Virus record (IMG/VR): IMGVR_UViG_3300033146_005641
Location: 119,352-183,351 of that record
Origin: a virus
Taxonomy: Duplodnaviria > Heunggongvirae > Uroviricota > Caudoviricetes
DNA length: 64,000 nucleotides
Direction: 5' to 3' (one strand)
The position numbers and the translations under genes are program-made. Below the pieces are notes generated by a model. That model made no database searches and was not told the origin of the DNA. It saw only the letters and a program-made list of their open reading frames with translations. Below are positions 1-10,175 of the stretch, piece after piece. The number at the start of each line of letters is the position of its first letter. Position 1 is the first letter of the stretch.

Positions 1-1905
1 TTCGCCTGCTTTTGGACCGTTTGTTGGAGTTCCTATCATTCCGTATCTACCACCAACTGTTTGTGAATCAGTGTTTCCGTCGGTTATTATAGTTCCTTCA
101 ATTTTAGCAGTATTAGAATCTGTATTAGCATCTACCTCATTAATTGCTGAAACTAAATCGCTCTGAGAAGTAGTAGTTAGGTTTCCTAGTACTCCTATAC
201 TAGAAGTATTAGTAGAAATGCTAGAATTAATATTTGAATTGTTTATCCAATTAATTCCATCATACACTAGAACATCAAGATTAGTAGGAGATGAAATTGA
301 AGTATCTGTTAATCCCGATAAAGTAGATGAAGATACGCTTGTATTAAGTTCATCTATAGCACCCTGAACATCCGTAGAAGCTAATCCTGAAGTACCATTA
401 TCATAAGGAAGATTAGATGCCGTATCGATTTCATAAGACTGAGTAACGTATCCGTCGTTATGATCTATTACAGTAAATTTAACTACTAGCTTATCTCCAT
501 CATTCGTAGTATCAGGTACAGCATCTAAAGTATTTAGATTATCTATTAAAATATAAGTACTTTTATTGATTCCCCAAAAATAAGGATCTGAAGATAATTC
601 AAACGAATTTCCTGATATAGGATCTGTCGTAGAACCACCATCATTTAATAAATTTAATTCATTTCTTTGTAAATATGAATACTCTACCCGAGTACCAGCA
701 CCATTAACTTTTAAATATTTATTTGTATCGTTAACAGAATCGAAAGCTAAAACATCTGTTAGATCTCCGATACCCATACTAACACTTGTAGATCCGATAG
801 TTTTCCATGCCCATGTTCTAGTTACTGGATCAACAACAGTTAAAACTTTATCCGTGGCAGCAGCAGTAGGTAGAAGTGGTTCTTTAGTACTTATAGCACT
901 AGTATTAGCGCTTAACTGATTTCTTTCATCCTGTGTAAACCATAATCTATCTACACCCCCCTGTTCATCAATATCTGCGACAGTTAAAACAACATTTCCG
1001 GAGTAAGTATTAACTGTTTTAACAAGATTAGAATAGCTTTCTAAATAGCCTAAAGTTATAACGTCGTATGAATTTTGAATATTACCAACAACATTCAATT
1101 TAGGAAGTGTCAAAACACCGGTATTTGAATTTAATTCTAATACATTGCTTCTATTAGTATCTGAAGTTCCATCGCCAATCATGAAAGACATATTAGATTT
1201 AGGATCGTTAAATTTACCTATAGCAATATTTCCATCTACGTTATTAGTTTTAAGGTTATATCCTATAGCATAACTATTATTTAATAAAATAGAGTTATCG
1301 GTACCTATAGCAACCGCATTATTATAAGGTATATTATTACTCGAACCAATAGCTGAAGACCCGTCACCTGCAATATAGTTATTAGAGCCTAGTGAAAATG
1401 AGCCTATAGTACCTGTACTTCCTCCAATTTGAGAATTATTACCTATACTAAAAGAAAGATTTTTTAATACCTCAACGTTATTACCTATTGCAAAAGAACT
1501 ATTTCCAACTACATAAGCATCTCTACCTATAGCCACACTATCAGAACCCTTAGCGGTAGCATCAATACCTACCGTAAACGATCCTGTACCGTGTGCTCCT
1601 ATAGAAGCACTACCAGGATTAGAGCCTGAAGAATATGTTAAGTCTGTAGCATCGGTACCAAGTGGTAAAAAGTCTGCTAAGTCTGTAGAGTTTATATATC
1701 TATGACCCGAATGGATGCCTCCCGTAGGAGTAGGAGTTTCAAGACCCGTATTAATATTGTCGGCTCCTATCTCTATAATTGTACCTTCAGGTGTCTTGGT
1801 ATATAATTTACCGTCCTTGGTATTGACAGCTAGTTCTCTTTCTTCGATTTCGTTAATAGCAGGAGCTACTTTAGAAATATGAGAACCTTTTAATTGTATA
1901 GACAT
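1..1905 (-). CDS. tail fibre protein, partial (N-terminal ~630 codons in window; 3' end lies left of window)
   Basis: ATG at 1903-1905 on the minus strand, preceded by an AAAGGAAATAAAAT RBS-like run. The frame stays open to position 1, so it is absent from the ORF track. Translation is Gly/Ser/Asn-rich with xSxAxG-type fibre repeats (e.g. SIGAHGTGSFTVGIDATAKGSDSVAIGRD). Confidence 0.55.
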   Translation of the reverse strand, partial: MSIQLKGSHISKVAPAINEIEERELAVNTKDGKLYTKTPEGTIIEIGADNINTGLETPTPTGGIHSGHRYINSTDLADFLPLGTDATDLTYSSGSNPGSASIGAHGTGSFTVGIDATAKGSDSVAIGRDAYVVGNSSFAIGNNVEVLKNLSFSIGNNSQIGGSTGTIGSFSLGSNNYIAGDGSSAIGSSNNIPYNNAVAIGTDNSILLNNSYAIGYNLKTNNVDGNIAIGKFNDPKSNMSFMIGDGTSDTNRSNVLELNSNTGVLTLPKLNVVGNIQNSYDVITLGYLESYSNLVKTVNTYSGNVVLTVADIDEQGGVDRLWFTQDERNQLSANTSAISTKEPLLPTAAATDKVLTVVDPVTRTWAWKTIGSTSVSMGIGDLTDVLAFDSVNDTNKYLKVNGAGTRVEYSYLQRNELNLLNDGGSTTDPISGNSFELSSDPYFWGINKSTYILIDNLNTLDAVPDTTNDGDKLVVKFTVIDHNDGYVTQSYEIDTASNLPYDNGTSGLASTDVQGAIDELNTSVSSSTLSGLTDTSISSPTNLDVLVYDGINWINNSNINSSISTNTSSIGVLGNLTTTSQSDLVSAINEVDANTDSNTAKIEGTIITDGNTDSQTVGGRYGMIGTPTNGPKAGE

Positions 1906-1928
1906 ATTTTATTTCCTTTAAAATTTTA

Positions 1929-4283
1929 TTAAACAGTTATAGTAACTAAAGAACTACCAGAAATAGTAGAACCATTATATCTAGTAACAGAACTTGTAAT
2001 AACAGCATTACCTACACTAACAGAATTTACTAAACCTGATGTACTAACGGTAGCTACGTTAGTATTATTAGAACTCCATTCAGACGTATTAGTAATTGTG
2101 GTAGGAGAACCGTTCCAATTGTTATGAGTATACGTAGCTTCAGAAGCTAATTGGTATATATTATTAATTCCTGTAATAGTAAATTCTGAAGGTATAACAC
2201 TAATAGTTTCTATTACTGGCGTATTATCTATGCTAATATTAATACTTGCTTCTACCGTATTAGTTCCATCACTAAGAGTAGCTCTAACAGGTATATCGGT
2301 ATAAGAGCCACCTGTAGAAGGCTGAGTAACACATCTTATCAATCCGCCATTTAAACCATCAGAAACGGTATAAGCGTTTTCATCAGACGAAATCCAATCC
2401 ACCTCATCGGTTACATTAACTGTAGTTTCTGAAGCTGTTCCCTCTGTATCAATTACGGAATAAGTAGCATAACATTCTAATTGTCTAACCGCATTTTCTA
2501 ATTTATTATCTATAACACCACCTACAGTATCAATTATATTAATTCTTAATAGCGTAGCACCTGTACCGAAATAATATCCAAAATCAACTTTTAATTCGTT
2601 AGCCTCTACCCATCGTCTATTACCGTCGGCAGAACTAATTAACATCATTCCATCAACCGAAGGTAATCCTAGATTGTCTTCTTTAGTAATTACTTTTTGA
2701 TCTAATACTACACCCTGATATGCACTTAATGTGTTATCTCTTTTATACTCCTCCTCTTCGGGATTAGTAGGTGCTGTTAAATTATCTATAACATCTTTTA
2801 CTATATCGTCCGTAAGAGCATTATCTACCCATACTCTAGTTCCATCTTTTAAAGAACCTAAAACCATATTATTTTTAGAGGGAGCACCTAGATTATTTTC
2901 TTTTCCTGGAATAGTTCCATCGGGCGAACCATTTACATCCATCTCTAAAGATGATAATGATTGTAAGATAGAAGAATCTTGCTCTAAAAGATAGGTAACA
3001 TTAGCTAGGTTATTTTGAGTTAAAACAAAATTCTGTTGAATTCTATCATTTTGTTCAGTTTGTTCAGTTTGTAATAATTCAATATCTTGTTTATTGTTGA
3101 TAATATCTGTAATATTTCTATCTATTATTGTTCTATTAGTACTAATATCGTTTCTAATATCTAAATCTTCAGCGTCTAGTCTAATTATTTGACTTTCTAA
3201 ATTAGAAATATTTGTTTCATTAGTAGAAACTCTAGGCTCTAAAGAAGCCACATTAGTTTCTAGGGAAGCTGTTCTACTATCTAGGCTAGAAATATCTGAA
3301 GTATTAGTAGAAATTAAATTAGTATTATTAAATATATTAGTAGAGTTATTATTAACTTGAGTTTGAATATTTGTAATGTTTGAGTTTAGATTAGTAATAC
3401 CATCGGTATTTGATGTTATTCTGGAATCTAAAGAATCATAATTGCCTTCAACTACTGTTACTCTACTTTGAAGCGTGATAGAATTTACATCACCTATTTG
3501 AGTTTGAATATTAGAGATATCGTTCTCATTAGCTGTAATTCTAGAATCAAGATTAGATATATCAGAATCTAAAGAAATATCTTTATTTTGTAGGGAGAGT
3601 ATATCGTTTTCTGAATTTGTAGTTCTTTGTGTAATACCTACTAAATCTGAAGATAAATTGGAAATGCTTGTAGTATTTGAACTAATAGATGTTTCTAATT
3701 GAGTATCTTTATTTTTAAGATTTGGAATTTCATTATTAACTAATTCATCAATAGAAATTTGTACTCCTGTAATATCTGAAGTATTATTAGATGTTAATCC
3801 CTCATTAGTTGTTACTCTTTGAGTTAAATCTAATAAATCGGTATTTAATAAATTAATAGATGAATTATTAGTAGATATTCTTTCATTTAAAATTCTTCCT
3901 TGATTAGCAGAAAGTGCCAAAGAAGTACTAACAGAATCTAATTTATCATAAACATAAACCTGTTCTATATCTGGTAAATCTATCCAAACTTTATTTCCAT
4001 TTTCACCTGTAGCTAATACTTGGTGATATGAACCAACTCCGAGACTATTCTCTTTAGTATCTAAAATAGTTCTTAGCGAAGATATTTCTTCATCTAAAAC
4101 TCTACCTTGATTAGCTGAAAGAGGTACTTCTCTATCTGTAGATACCAGGTTGTCTTGTATATCTGTTTTATCTATTTTTTCGTCAAAAACAGAATTTACA
4201 AAAATTCTTAAATCTGCAGCAGTAATTTCATTATTTACGTTATCTGGAAATAAGCTTAATATGTATTCTTTTGAATTAGCCAT
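1929..4283 (-). CDS. tail fibre protein: long Ser/Thr/Asn-rich repetitive shaft with C-terminal Ig-like domains
   Basis: 784-aa ORF with low-complexity repeats (SxLDSRITxNENDISNIQTQI-like) and a C-terminal beta-rich module resembling bacterial Ig-like (Big_2-type) domains. Lies in an operon with other fibre genes. Confidence 0.55.
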   Translation of the reverse strand: MANSKEYILSLFPDNVNNEITAADLRIFVNSVFDEKIDKTDIQDNLVSTDREVPLSANQGRVLDEEISSLRTILDTKENSLGVGSYHQVLATGENGNKVWIDLPDIEQVYVYDKLDSVSTSLALSANQGRILNERISTNNSSINLLNTDLLDLTQRVTTNEGLTSNNTSDITGVQISIDELVNNEIPNLKNKDTQLETSISSNTTSISNLSSDLVGITQRTTNSENDILSLQNKDISLDSDISNLDSRITANENDISNIQTQIGDVNSITLQSRVTVVEGNYDSLDSRITSNTDGITNLNSNITNIQTQVNNNSTNIFNNTNLISTNTSDISSLDSRTASLETNVASLEPRVSTNETNISNLESQIIRLDAEDLDIRNDISTNRTIIDRNITDIINNKQDIELLQTEQTEQNDRIQQNFVLTQNNLANVTYLLEQDSSILQSLSSLEMDVNGSPDGTIPGKENNLGAPSKNNMVLGSLKDGTRVWVDNALTDDIVKDVIDNLTAPTNPEEEEYKRDNTLSAYQGVVLDQKVITKEDNLGLPSVDGMMLISSADGNRRWVEANELKVDFGYYFGTGATLLRINIIDTVGGVIDNKLENAVRQLECYATYSVIDTEGTASETTVNVTDEVDWISSDENAYTVSDGLNGGLIRCVTQPSTGGSYTDIPVRATLSDGTNTVEASINISIDNTPVIETISVIPSEFTITGINNIYQLASEATYTHNNWNGSPTTITNTSEWSSNNTNVATVSTSGLVNSVSVGNAVITSSVTRYNGSTISGSSLVTITV

Positions 4284-4370
4284 AAACTTCCTTATAAATG
4301 TTCTTTAATTATTTATAAGGAAGCATAAATTATATCTCGTCATTTTTACAACGAATTACAAACTCTACTT

Positions 4371-5534
4371 TTATATTTGAATCCAGAAACAATCAGAATT
4401 TGATGAAGGTGTTTCAGAATTTGAAACACAAATATTTACACTACCACTATCTATAGCATAACATATAGTTTTAAAATAACCTAAAGAAGCAGCAGGTAGA
4501 GTTGAAAGAACTGTTATATTAGATTGAGTACTTAAATACTCTCTAGTAACTAAACATCTACCGTCTGTTATTTGATTAGTATGTAGAGAGGGAGCATGAA
4601 TTCGTCCATCACTATAAATTTCAAGAGCATTAGAACGTGTAGAATCACTACCATTTCCTACTTCGAATAGAGTATCTGATTTATTCTCATTATATTTACC
4701 TATAGCCGTCTGACTATCATATCCTGCTACCGTATGCTTTCCTCCAGCATGAGAGCAATTATGTGAAGCTACCGTATAATATCCTTCAGCATGAGAAAAG
4801 TATCCAGAAGCAGTAACATTATATCCCTCGGCGTGAGAACTAAGTCCAGAAGCAACAGTACGAAACCCCTCGACATGAGAATATAATCCAGAAGCAGTAG
4901 CTTCATGTCCTTCAGCGTGAGAATGCTCACCTGTAGCAGTAGTTTCACGTCCTTCGGCGTGAGAATCATGTCCGGAAGCAACAGCGCGATACCCTTCCGC
5001 ATGAGAATAGTATCCAGAAGCAGTAGTGTAATATCCTTCGGCGTGAGAATCATGTCCAGAAGCGTGAGTTTCACGCCCTTCCGCATGAGAACGATATCCA
5101 GAAGCAGTAACATTATATCCTTCGGCGTGAGAATATCTGCCTGTAGCACTACCTCCAAAACTTAAATTAACGGCACCTTCACCCAGAACATCTGAACTAC
5201 GATCCTTTATTCTATATCCGTCTCCATCTTTAACAAAATTTAAATCTTGCCAATTAACATCTCTATCTATATCTGAGAGCTTCGTTAGTACTTGTCCGGT
5301 ATCTCCACCAATCGGTACTCCATCAGTCGGTGCTCCGCTTCCTATATCTTCTACAGAAACCCATTTTAAATTTCCTGAAGCGTCTAAGAATCCGAATTCT
5401 TTAGTATCTGTAGCAAAAACAATCTCGCCATATATAACAGGTCCTGACCAGTCTCCTCCAGAACCTGTTGAAGGCTGTCCTGCGATTAATGCTGATTTAA
5501 TATCTCTTCTCTGTATTAAGCCTGTAGTCGCCAT
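4371..5534 (-). CDS. tail fibre or receptor-binding protein with ~14-aa SHAEG/ASG repeats (YadA-head-like)
   Basis: Tandem protein repeats SHAEGYNVTASGYR / SHAEGRETHASGHD and similar run through the middle of the protein. The spurious overlapping ORFs 4769..5158 and 4905..5165 arise from the same DNA periodicity. Confidence 0.55.
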   Translation of the reverse strand: MATTGLIQRRDIKSALIAGQPSTGSGGDWSGPVIYGEIVFATDTKEFGFLDASGNLKWVSVEDIGSGAPTDGVPIGGDTGQVLTKLSDIDRDVNWQDLNFVKDGDGYRIKDRSSDVLGEGAVNLSFGGSATGRYSHAEGYNVTASGYRSHAEGRETHASGHDSHAEGYYTTASGYYSHAEGYRAVASGHDSHAEGRETTATGEHSHAEGHEATASGLYSHVEGFRTVASGLSSHAEGYNVTASGYFSHAEGYYTVASHNCSHAGGKHTVAGYDSQTAIGKYNENKSDTLFEVGNGSDSTRSNALEIYSDGRIHAPSLHTNQITDGRCLVTREYLSTQSNITVLSTLPAASLGYFKTICYAIDSGSVNICVSNSETPSSNSDCFWIQI

Positions 5535-5535
5535 C

Positions 5536-6321
5536 TTATTCCTTTATAATTTGTATATTAGATTTACTCTCGTAAATTTTTATAGATTCGTTTTCAATCT
5601 TTCCATCAGAAACATCCCAGTTATACTCTGTAGCTAATTTAGATTCTTTTCTATTGTTTTTATCTATTAAATAATAAAACATTTTTACTACCTCTATAGG
5701 TGCTATTAAACTTATAGGTAGATATAAATTACCTCTCAGCGTTAAATCGAAAGAAATATTGATAATGTTTATATCCTCTTCTTCAAACTCTTCTAAAATT
5801 TCAAAGGCCGGGTCTGAAATTAATAGTTGAGTTTTTGTTGTTTCTTCAAACAGAGGAGATTCTTTCACCTCTATAGGTAAAGAAGGTCTAAAATTAGGTA
5901 AAATTTGTTCTACTATTTGAAATGCTTCGTTCATACCTCTGGATTGAATTAAAAGTTTAAATTGAAAGTCATAAGGAACACTATTTAAAGAATATCTTAA
6001 CGTGTCTTTTCCATCAATATTTACCTTGAAAGATAATTTATGATATTTATTTACGGTTCTATCTGCTGCCTTATTCATTCCCTCAAAACTTAATATCATT
6101 CTTGGCACTACATTCCAGTTAGAAAAATCTTTATCGCCTATATCCTCTAGGGCTATACTTTTTTCGTAATTACCAAATTGAATAGGTATTATTTCTTCGC
6201 CCAGGTCTCCATTATCTTTTTTTACATAGCTTTTGATTTTACCAAAAGCATTTAATACCGATAAGGTATAGGTTCTAGAACTATTAAAAAATAGAGTTCC
6301 TTCGACTTCCTCGTATTTCAT
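5536..6321 (-). CDS. hypothetical protein (virion or baseplate-associated by position only)
   Basis: 261-aa ORF in the same minus-strand operon as the fibre genes. No motif recognised. Confidence 0.3.
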   Translation of the reverse strand: MKYEEVEGTLFFNSSRTYTLSVLNAFGKIKSYVKKDNGDLGEEIIPIQFGNYEKSIALEDIGDKDFSNWNVVPRMILSFEGMNKAADRTVNKYHKLSFKVNIDGKDTLRYSLNSVPYDFQFKLLIQSRGMNEAFQIVEQILPNFRPSLPIEVKESPLFEETTKTQLLISDPAFEILEEFEEEDINIINISFDLTLRGNLYLPISLIAPIEVVKMFYYLIDKNNRKESKLATEYNWDVSDGKIENESIKIYESKSNIQIIKE

Positions 6322-6324
6322 TTA

Positions 6325-6657
6325 TTATGCTCCAAAGATATTAGCGAATGGTGAGAATTCTTTAGACTCTTGTAGTTTTTTCTTTCTTAGGAGTTGACAT
6401 TTTCCACATTCGCAATCTTCTTTTCCTGTGCAATCGGCAAAGAGGTTGGTCTGTGTAGTAGCTATATCACCTACTACTGTAGCTTCTAGTTCTAGCTCTA
6501 GTCTCTCCAATTCCGATTCTAGTTTTAAAATTTTCTTCTCGAGAACTTTATAATCGCCTGCAGTGAGTTCGGATTCGTCTAGAGATTCTTTTAAAATTTT
6601 TAATTCTAGTTCAATCTCAGATTTATTTTTTTTATTTTTAAATGAAGAAAATCCCAT
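6325..6657 (-). CDS. small coiled-coil protein with C-terminal Cys cluster
   Basis: ELELKILKESLDESEL... heptad-like charged repeats followed by CTGKEDCECGKC. Confidence 0.35.
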   Translation of the reverse strand: MGFSSFKNKKNKSEIELELKILKESLDESELTAGDYKVLEKKILKLESELERLELELEATVVGDIATTQTNLFADCTGKEDCECGKCQLLRKKKLQESKEFSPFANIFGA

Positions 6658-6687
6658 AGAATTCCTTTTTTATTTTATTTATATTAT

Positions 6688-6715
6688 TTTAAGACTTTTA
6701 TACTATAATTAAATT
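6688..6715 (+). promoter_or_regulatory. promoter-like element TTTTAAGACTTTTATACTATAAT, same family as the junction-cassette promoters
   Basis: Near-identical to the TTTTAAGTCTTATTATACTATAAT core found upstream of the LRR-repeat genes. Sits in a divergent intergenic region. Confidence 0.4.
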
Positions 6716-7039
6716 ATGAAAAAAGAATATTCTCAATGGGGATTAAATTTTATATTAGGTTTAAATCCTGCAAAATATAATTATGTAACTAATATAGGTG
6801 ATTTGGTAGATTTTAAAGGTGATAGTTCTAAGATGTATTTCGGAGTTATGGCTCAAGATATCGAAGACTATATAGAAAAACAAGGACATAATTCAAGAAA
6901 TTATAATATTCTTAACTATTCAGAAGATTATATGAGTGTTAACTACTATGAACTAATAGGTCCTATGATTAAATCTATTCAAGAACTAGAAGAAAAAGTT
7001 ACAAAGCTAGAACAAAAACTAAAGGATAAAGATGAATAA
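6716..7039 (+). CDS. hypothetical protein
   Basis: 107-aa ORF. ATG preceded by an A/T-rich leader. Confidence 0.4.
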   Translation: MKKEYSQWGLNFILGLNPAKYNYVTNIGDLVDFKGDSSKMYFGVMAQDIEDYIEKQGHNSRNYNILNYSEDYMSVNYYELIGPMIKSIQELEEKVTKLEQKLKDKDE

Positions 7040-7601
7040 ATATTATGAAGTTTCAAGATATGAGGATACGATAACTATCCTAAAACCAATAACTCCAAAA
7101 GAGGCAGAAGAACTAAACACTGTTAACGTATTAAAAATAGACGATGAGAAACTTAATAAATTTATTAATCTAAATGTTGACGAAAAAACAATAACTATTA
7201 ATAAAAACGGCGAAGTAGAATTAGGCGAAAACACCTACTATGGTATATCTCTTAGAGATGAAAATAAAGTAAAAATAGCTAAAAGGGCTAGACAAAAGCT
7301 AGATGGTATCGTTCACACTTCCGACCTAGTGTATTATATAGAATTTATTGAAACTAATAACATTCTAAATTCTAGAGGTTTTTTTATCACCGAGGATAAT
7401 AAAGAAGAGAAATATTTAGAAATTTTAGAGGCAGGTGATGAAGATCTTATAAACACCTTAGAAAGATTTTTAAATTCGCGAGATAAACTAGGAAAGGTTA
7501 AATCTGCTAAAACAGAATTTGATAATATTATTGAAAGTTTAAAATACGCTGATGAAAATAACAAGGAAGAATTAGAACAAATTGAAAGAAAAATCACGTA
7601 A
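7032..7601 (+). CDS. hypothetical protein
   Basis: 189-aa ORF. Overlaps the upstream stop (ATGA-type coupling). Confidence 0.4.
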   Translation: MNKYYEVSRYEDTITILKPITPKEAEELNTVNVLKIDDEKLNKFINLNVDEKTITINKNGEVELGENTYYGISLRDENKVKIAKRARQKLDGIVHTSDLVYYIEFIETNNILNSRGFFITEDNKEEKYLEILEAGDEDLINTLERFLNSRDKLGKVKSAKTEFDNIIESLKYADENNKEELEQIERKIT

Positions 7602-8385
7602 TATATCAATCTACTATTATTTTATAAGAGATAAGAGAGTAAATGGTACTCTCTTTTATTGTTTTGAATATTTTGAATTTTTAAATAGATTTAATAATGC
7701 TTATTTCTATATTTATGATATTAGTGAGAAGGATTTAGAGTTTGTAAAAAACATCTTTAGAAAAAGATATAATTTTAAAGATGAAATATTAGAAAAGATT
7801 ATTCCTATTAATTCTTTGATAGGGGTTTATAATTCTCAATCACAAAAAAACCTTATATTAGATACTCGTACTTTTAATAAACTTTTTCCTCTAATTAAGG
7901 AGGATATATATGTTTTTATGAGTGGCGGAAATAATCATTACGACGAAAAGAAAATCCTTAATATGCCTAAATCAAAAATTAAAAACATATATTATTATGG
8001 AAGTTACGAATATCAGAATTATGAAATTTTTGAATATTTAAAGTTTAACTTTGAGATTTTTAAGAAATTTAAGAACCCTAAAAACGGAAAAATTTTTACT
8101 AGCTCCAGACTAATGAAAGAAAAGAAAGATGCTAAAGATCCTAATAAATTCTTTAATATTTTTGAGGAATATGAAAAATTTAAATATATTCATAATCTAA
8201 GAGATGTTAACAATAGATTTATACCGGAGTGTTTTTTTTATGAAAGAGAATTAGAGTTCGTAAATGAAATAAAAGAAATAGACTCGGCGGTTTTAAGATA
8301 TGAAGATTGTTTGAACAGAAATTTAGAAAAATATAAATTGACTAAAGATGATAAAATAATTCAAGGCATTCTAAATGATAATTAA
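7582..8385 (+). CDS. hypothetical protein, paralog of 8375..9193
   Basis: Shares the N-terminal pattern NGTLFYCFEYFEFLN with HGVSGHLFECIEYYYILKN of the next ORF. Confidence 0.4.
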   Translation: MKEKSRNISIYYYFIRDKRVNGTLFYCFEYFEFLNRFNNAYFYIYDISEKDLEFVKNIFRKRYNFKDEILEKIIPINSLIGVYNSQSQKNLILDTRTFNKLFPLIKEDIYVFMSGGNNHYDEKKILNMPKSKIKNIYYYGSYEYQNYEIFEYLKFNFEIFKKFKNPKNGKIFTSSRLMKEKKDAKDPNKFFNIFEEYEKFKYIHNLRDVNNRFIPECFFYERELEFVNEIKEIDSAVLRYEDCLNRNLEKYKLTKDDKIIQGILNDN

Positions 8386-9193
8386 TGATGATAGTGATAT
8401 TCTCTTAACGTTTTCTTGGGGTAATTTTACACACGGAGTTTCAGGACATCTTTTCGAATGTATAGAATATTATTATATTTTAAAAAATCAATTCAATGTA
8501 AAAATTCTTATTCCCGAGAATATTAAAAACTATAAAGAGACTATAGAATCTAAATATAATTTTGAAAAAGACGAAATAAGAGATATTTTAGAAAATACTA
8601 TTTTTTCAGTAAAACCGGCTTTAGTTAAAACTAATAATATATTTTTTGTGGATGGTTCCTGGAAAAATATTAAGAGATCTAATATATTATATAAGAAAAT
8701 CTTATGTTTCGCTTGTGGAGACCTTAGTATTTTAGAACAGGATGAATCTACGGTTCTATTAGATTATAGAGTATATGACAAAGTTCCTTCTAAATCTTTT
8801 AACTACAAGAAAAAACTATTATTAAAAAAATTAAAGAAACCTGTTAAATCTGAAAATAAAGTATTAATTTATGCTACCGAAAATTGTAGAGATACTGACT
8901 ATGATACAGAAAATTCCTTAAAAGTAAAAAAAGAAGACCTGCCTATTTTAAATATTTTTGAAAAATTTAATAAGTATGTTTATACTCCTGTATCCAGAAA
9001 ATTTGATTGTTCGCCTAGATTCCTAGTTGAGTGTAGATATTTTAATAAAGAAATAGAATTTTATAATATAGATTATTGGAAAGAAGATAGAGGGCTATAT
9101 TATAGATGGAGAGATATAGAAGAAGATTTTGAGTCTCTGATTTTAGAGGAGAATGATGAGATTATAGATATTTTAAAATCTATAATCCAATAA
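8375..9193 (+). CDS. hypothetical protein, paralog of 7582..8385
   Basis: See the previous feature. Tandem paralog pair with overlapping stop and start. Confidence 0.4.
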   Translation: MIINDDSDILLTFSWGNFTHGVSGHLFECIEYYYILKNQFNVKILIPENIKNYKETIESKYNFEKDEIRDILENTIFSVKPALVKTNNIFFVDGSWKNIKRSNILYKKILCFACGDLSILEQDESTVLLDYRVYDKVPSKSFNYKKKLLLKKLKKPVKSENKVLIYATENCRDTDYDTENSLKVKKEDLPILNIFEKFNKYVYTPVSRKFDCSPRFLVECRYFNKEIEFYNIDYWKEDRGLYYRWRDIEEDFESLILEENDEIIDILKSIIQ

Positions 9194-10061
9194 TTCTCTC
9201 AATTTCATTCCTAAATCTTTCAGAAGATACTTTTTTCTGAGCATCTTCAAAATTTCTTCTAACTTCTTTTAAGGATCTTTTATCAGGAGTAAATTTCGTT
9301 TTACTGATAAATCTATAAAACCTAATAACTCTAAGATAGTCTTCCTGAATTCTATCTTCTGGATTACCAATAAATTTAAGAACTTTATTTTCGATATCAA
9401 AAATGCCCTCTAAATTAGGATCTATGACTTCTTTACTTAATAAATTATAATAGATAGCATTAATAGTAAAATCTCTTCTTTTAGCATCATCAAAAATAGT
9501 TCCAATTTCTACCGATTCGGGTCTTCTACCGTCTTTATAGGTGCCGTCTTTTCTAAAATTTGCAATCTCATAATCCATACCATTTTTAGAGACGATAACT
9601 ACTAAAAACTGTTTCCCTACTTCTTTAACCTGAAAGTCATGTTCTTTAAAAATATTTTTAATCCTATCATAATTTATATCTGTCACGAAATCAAAATCTT
9701 TTGGTTTCTTTTTTAGTATAATATCTCTAACAGATCCTCCGACCATAGAACTATTTTTAGAGAAAGATGATAGAATACTCATAACCTCTAAAGTAGTTTT
9801 ATCGAGCGTATAATTTTTAATTCTTCTAGAAAATTCTTTTTTAAGGTATTGAAATTTAACTCCAAGTCTTGAAAATCTTGGTTCTTTATTTTCTTCTATT
9901 AAAAGAAAATCTCTTATTAAATCATACTCCTCTGAAGGTTCCTCATCTAATGCGTATCTAGCTCTTAATGCTTTTTGATAACAATCGATAGGTAAAAAAT
10001 TTAATTTATTATGTTTATTATATAAAATATTATTAATTTCTTTTTTAATTCTTTCTTTCAT
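9180..10061 (-). CDS. tRNA nucleotidyltransferase (CCA-adding) / poly(A) polymerase family protein
   Basis: Head-domain motifs GGSVRDIILKKKPKDFDFVTD (GGxVRD...DxD) and RRDFTINAIYYN (RRDFTINA) are diagnostic of the class II CCA/PcnB nucleotidyltransferase family. Confidence 0.75.
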   Translation of the reverse strand: MKERIKKEINNILYNKHNKLNFLPIDCYQKALRARYALDEEPSEEYDLIRDFLLIEENKEPRFSRLGVKFQYLKKEFSRRIKNYTLDKTTLEVMSILSSFSKNSSMVGGSVRDIILKKKPKDFDFVTDINYDRIKNIFKEHDFQVKEVGKQFLVVIVSKNGMDYEIANFRKDGTYKDGRRPESVEIGTIFDDAKRRDFTINAIYYNLLSKEVIDPNLEGIFDIENKVLKFIGNPEDRIQEDYLRVIRFYRFISKTKFTPDKRSLKEVRRNFEDAQKKVSSERFRNEIERIIGL

Positions 10062-10120
10062 TTGCTCTCCTTTATATAATATATTATATAATAATAGTCC
10101 TTAATAACATATTAATCATA

Positions 10121-10175
10121 CTTTAAGTCTCTTTATTCTATAATATGTTTTATATAAAGAGAGAAGGATAGAAAG
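10121..10175 (+). promoter_or_regulatory. junction-cassette promoter copy (no upstream FI-tail ORF)
   Basis: CTTTAAGTCTCTTTATTCTATAATATGTTTTATATAAAGAGAGAAGGATAGAAAGATG. Contains TATAAT, then TATATAAAG (T4 late-promoter-like), then the AAGGA RBS. Confidence 0.5.

Noticed and set aside
4769-5165. Overlapping ORFs 4769..5158 (-) and 4905..5165 (+) inside the fibre gene.
   Set aside because: They are produced by the 42-bp periodicity of the SHAEG repeats. Their low-complexity translations (MLLLLD... and RMRIVSRSS...) are typical shadow ORFs.
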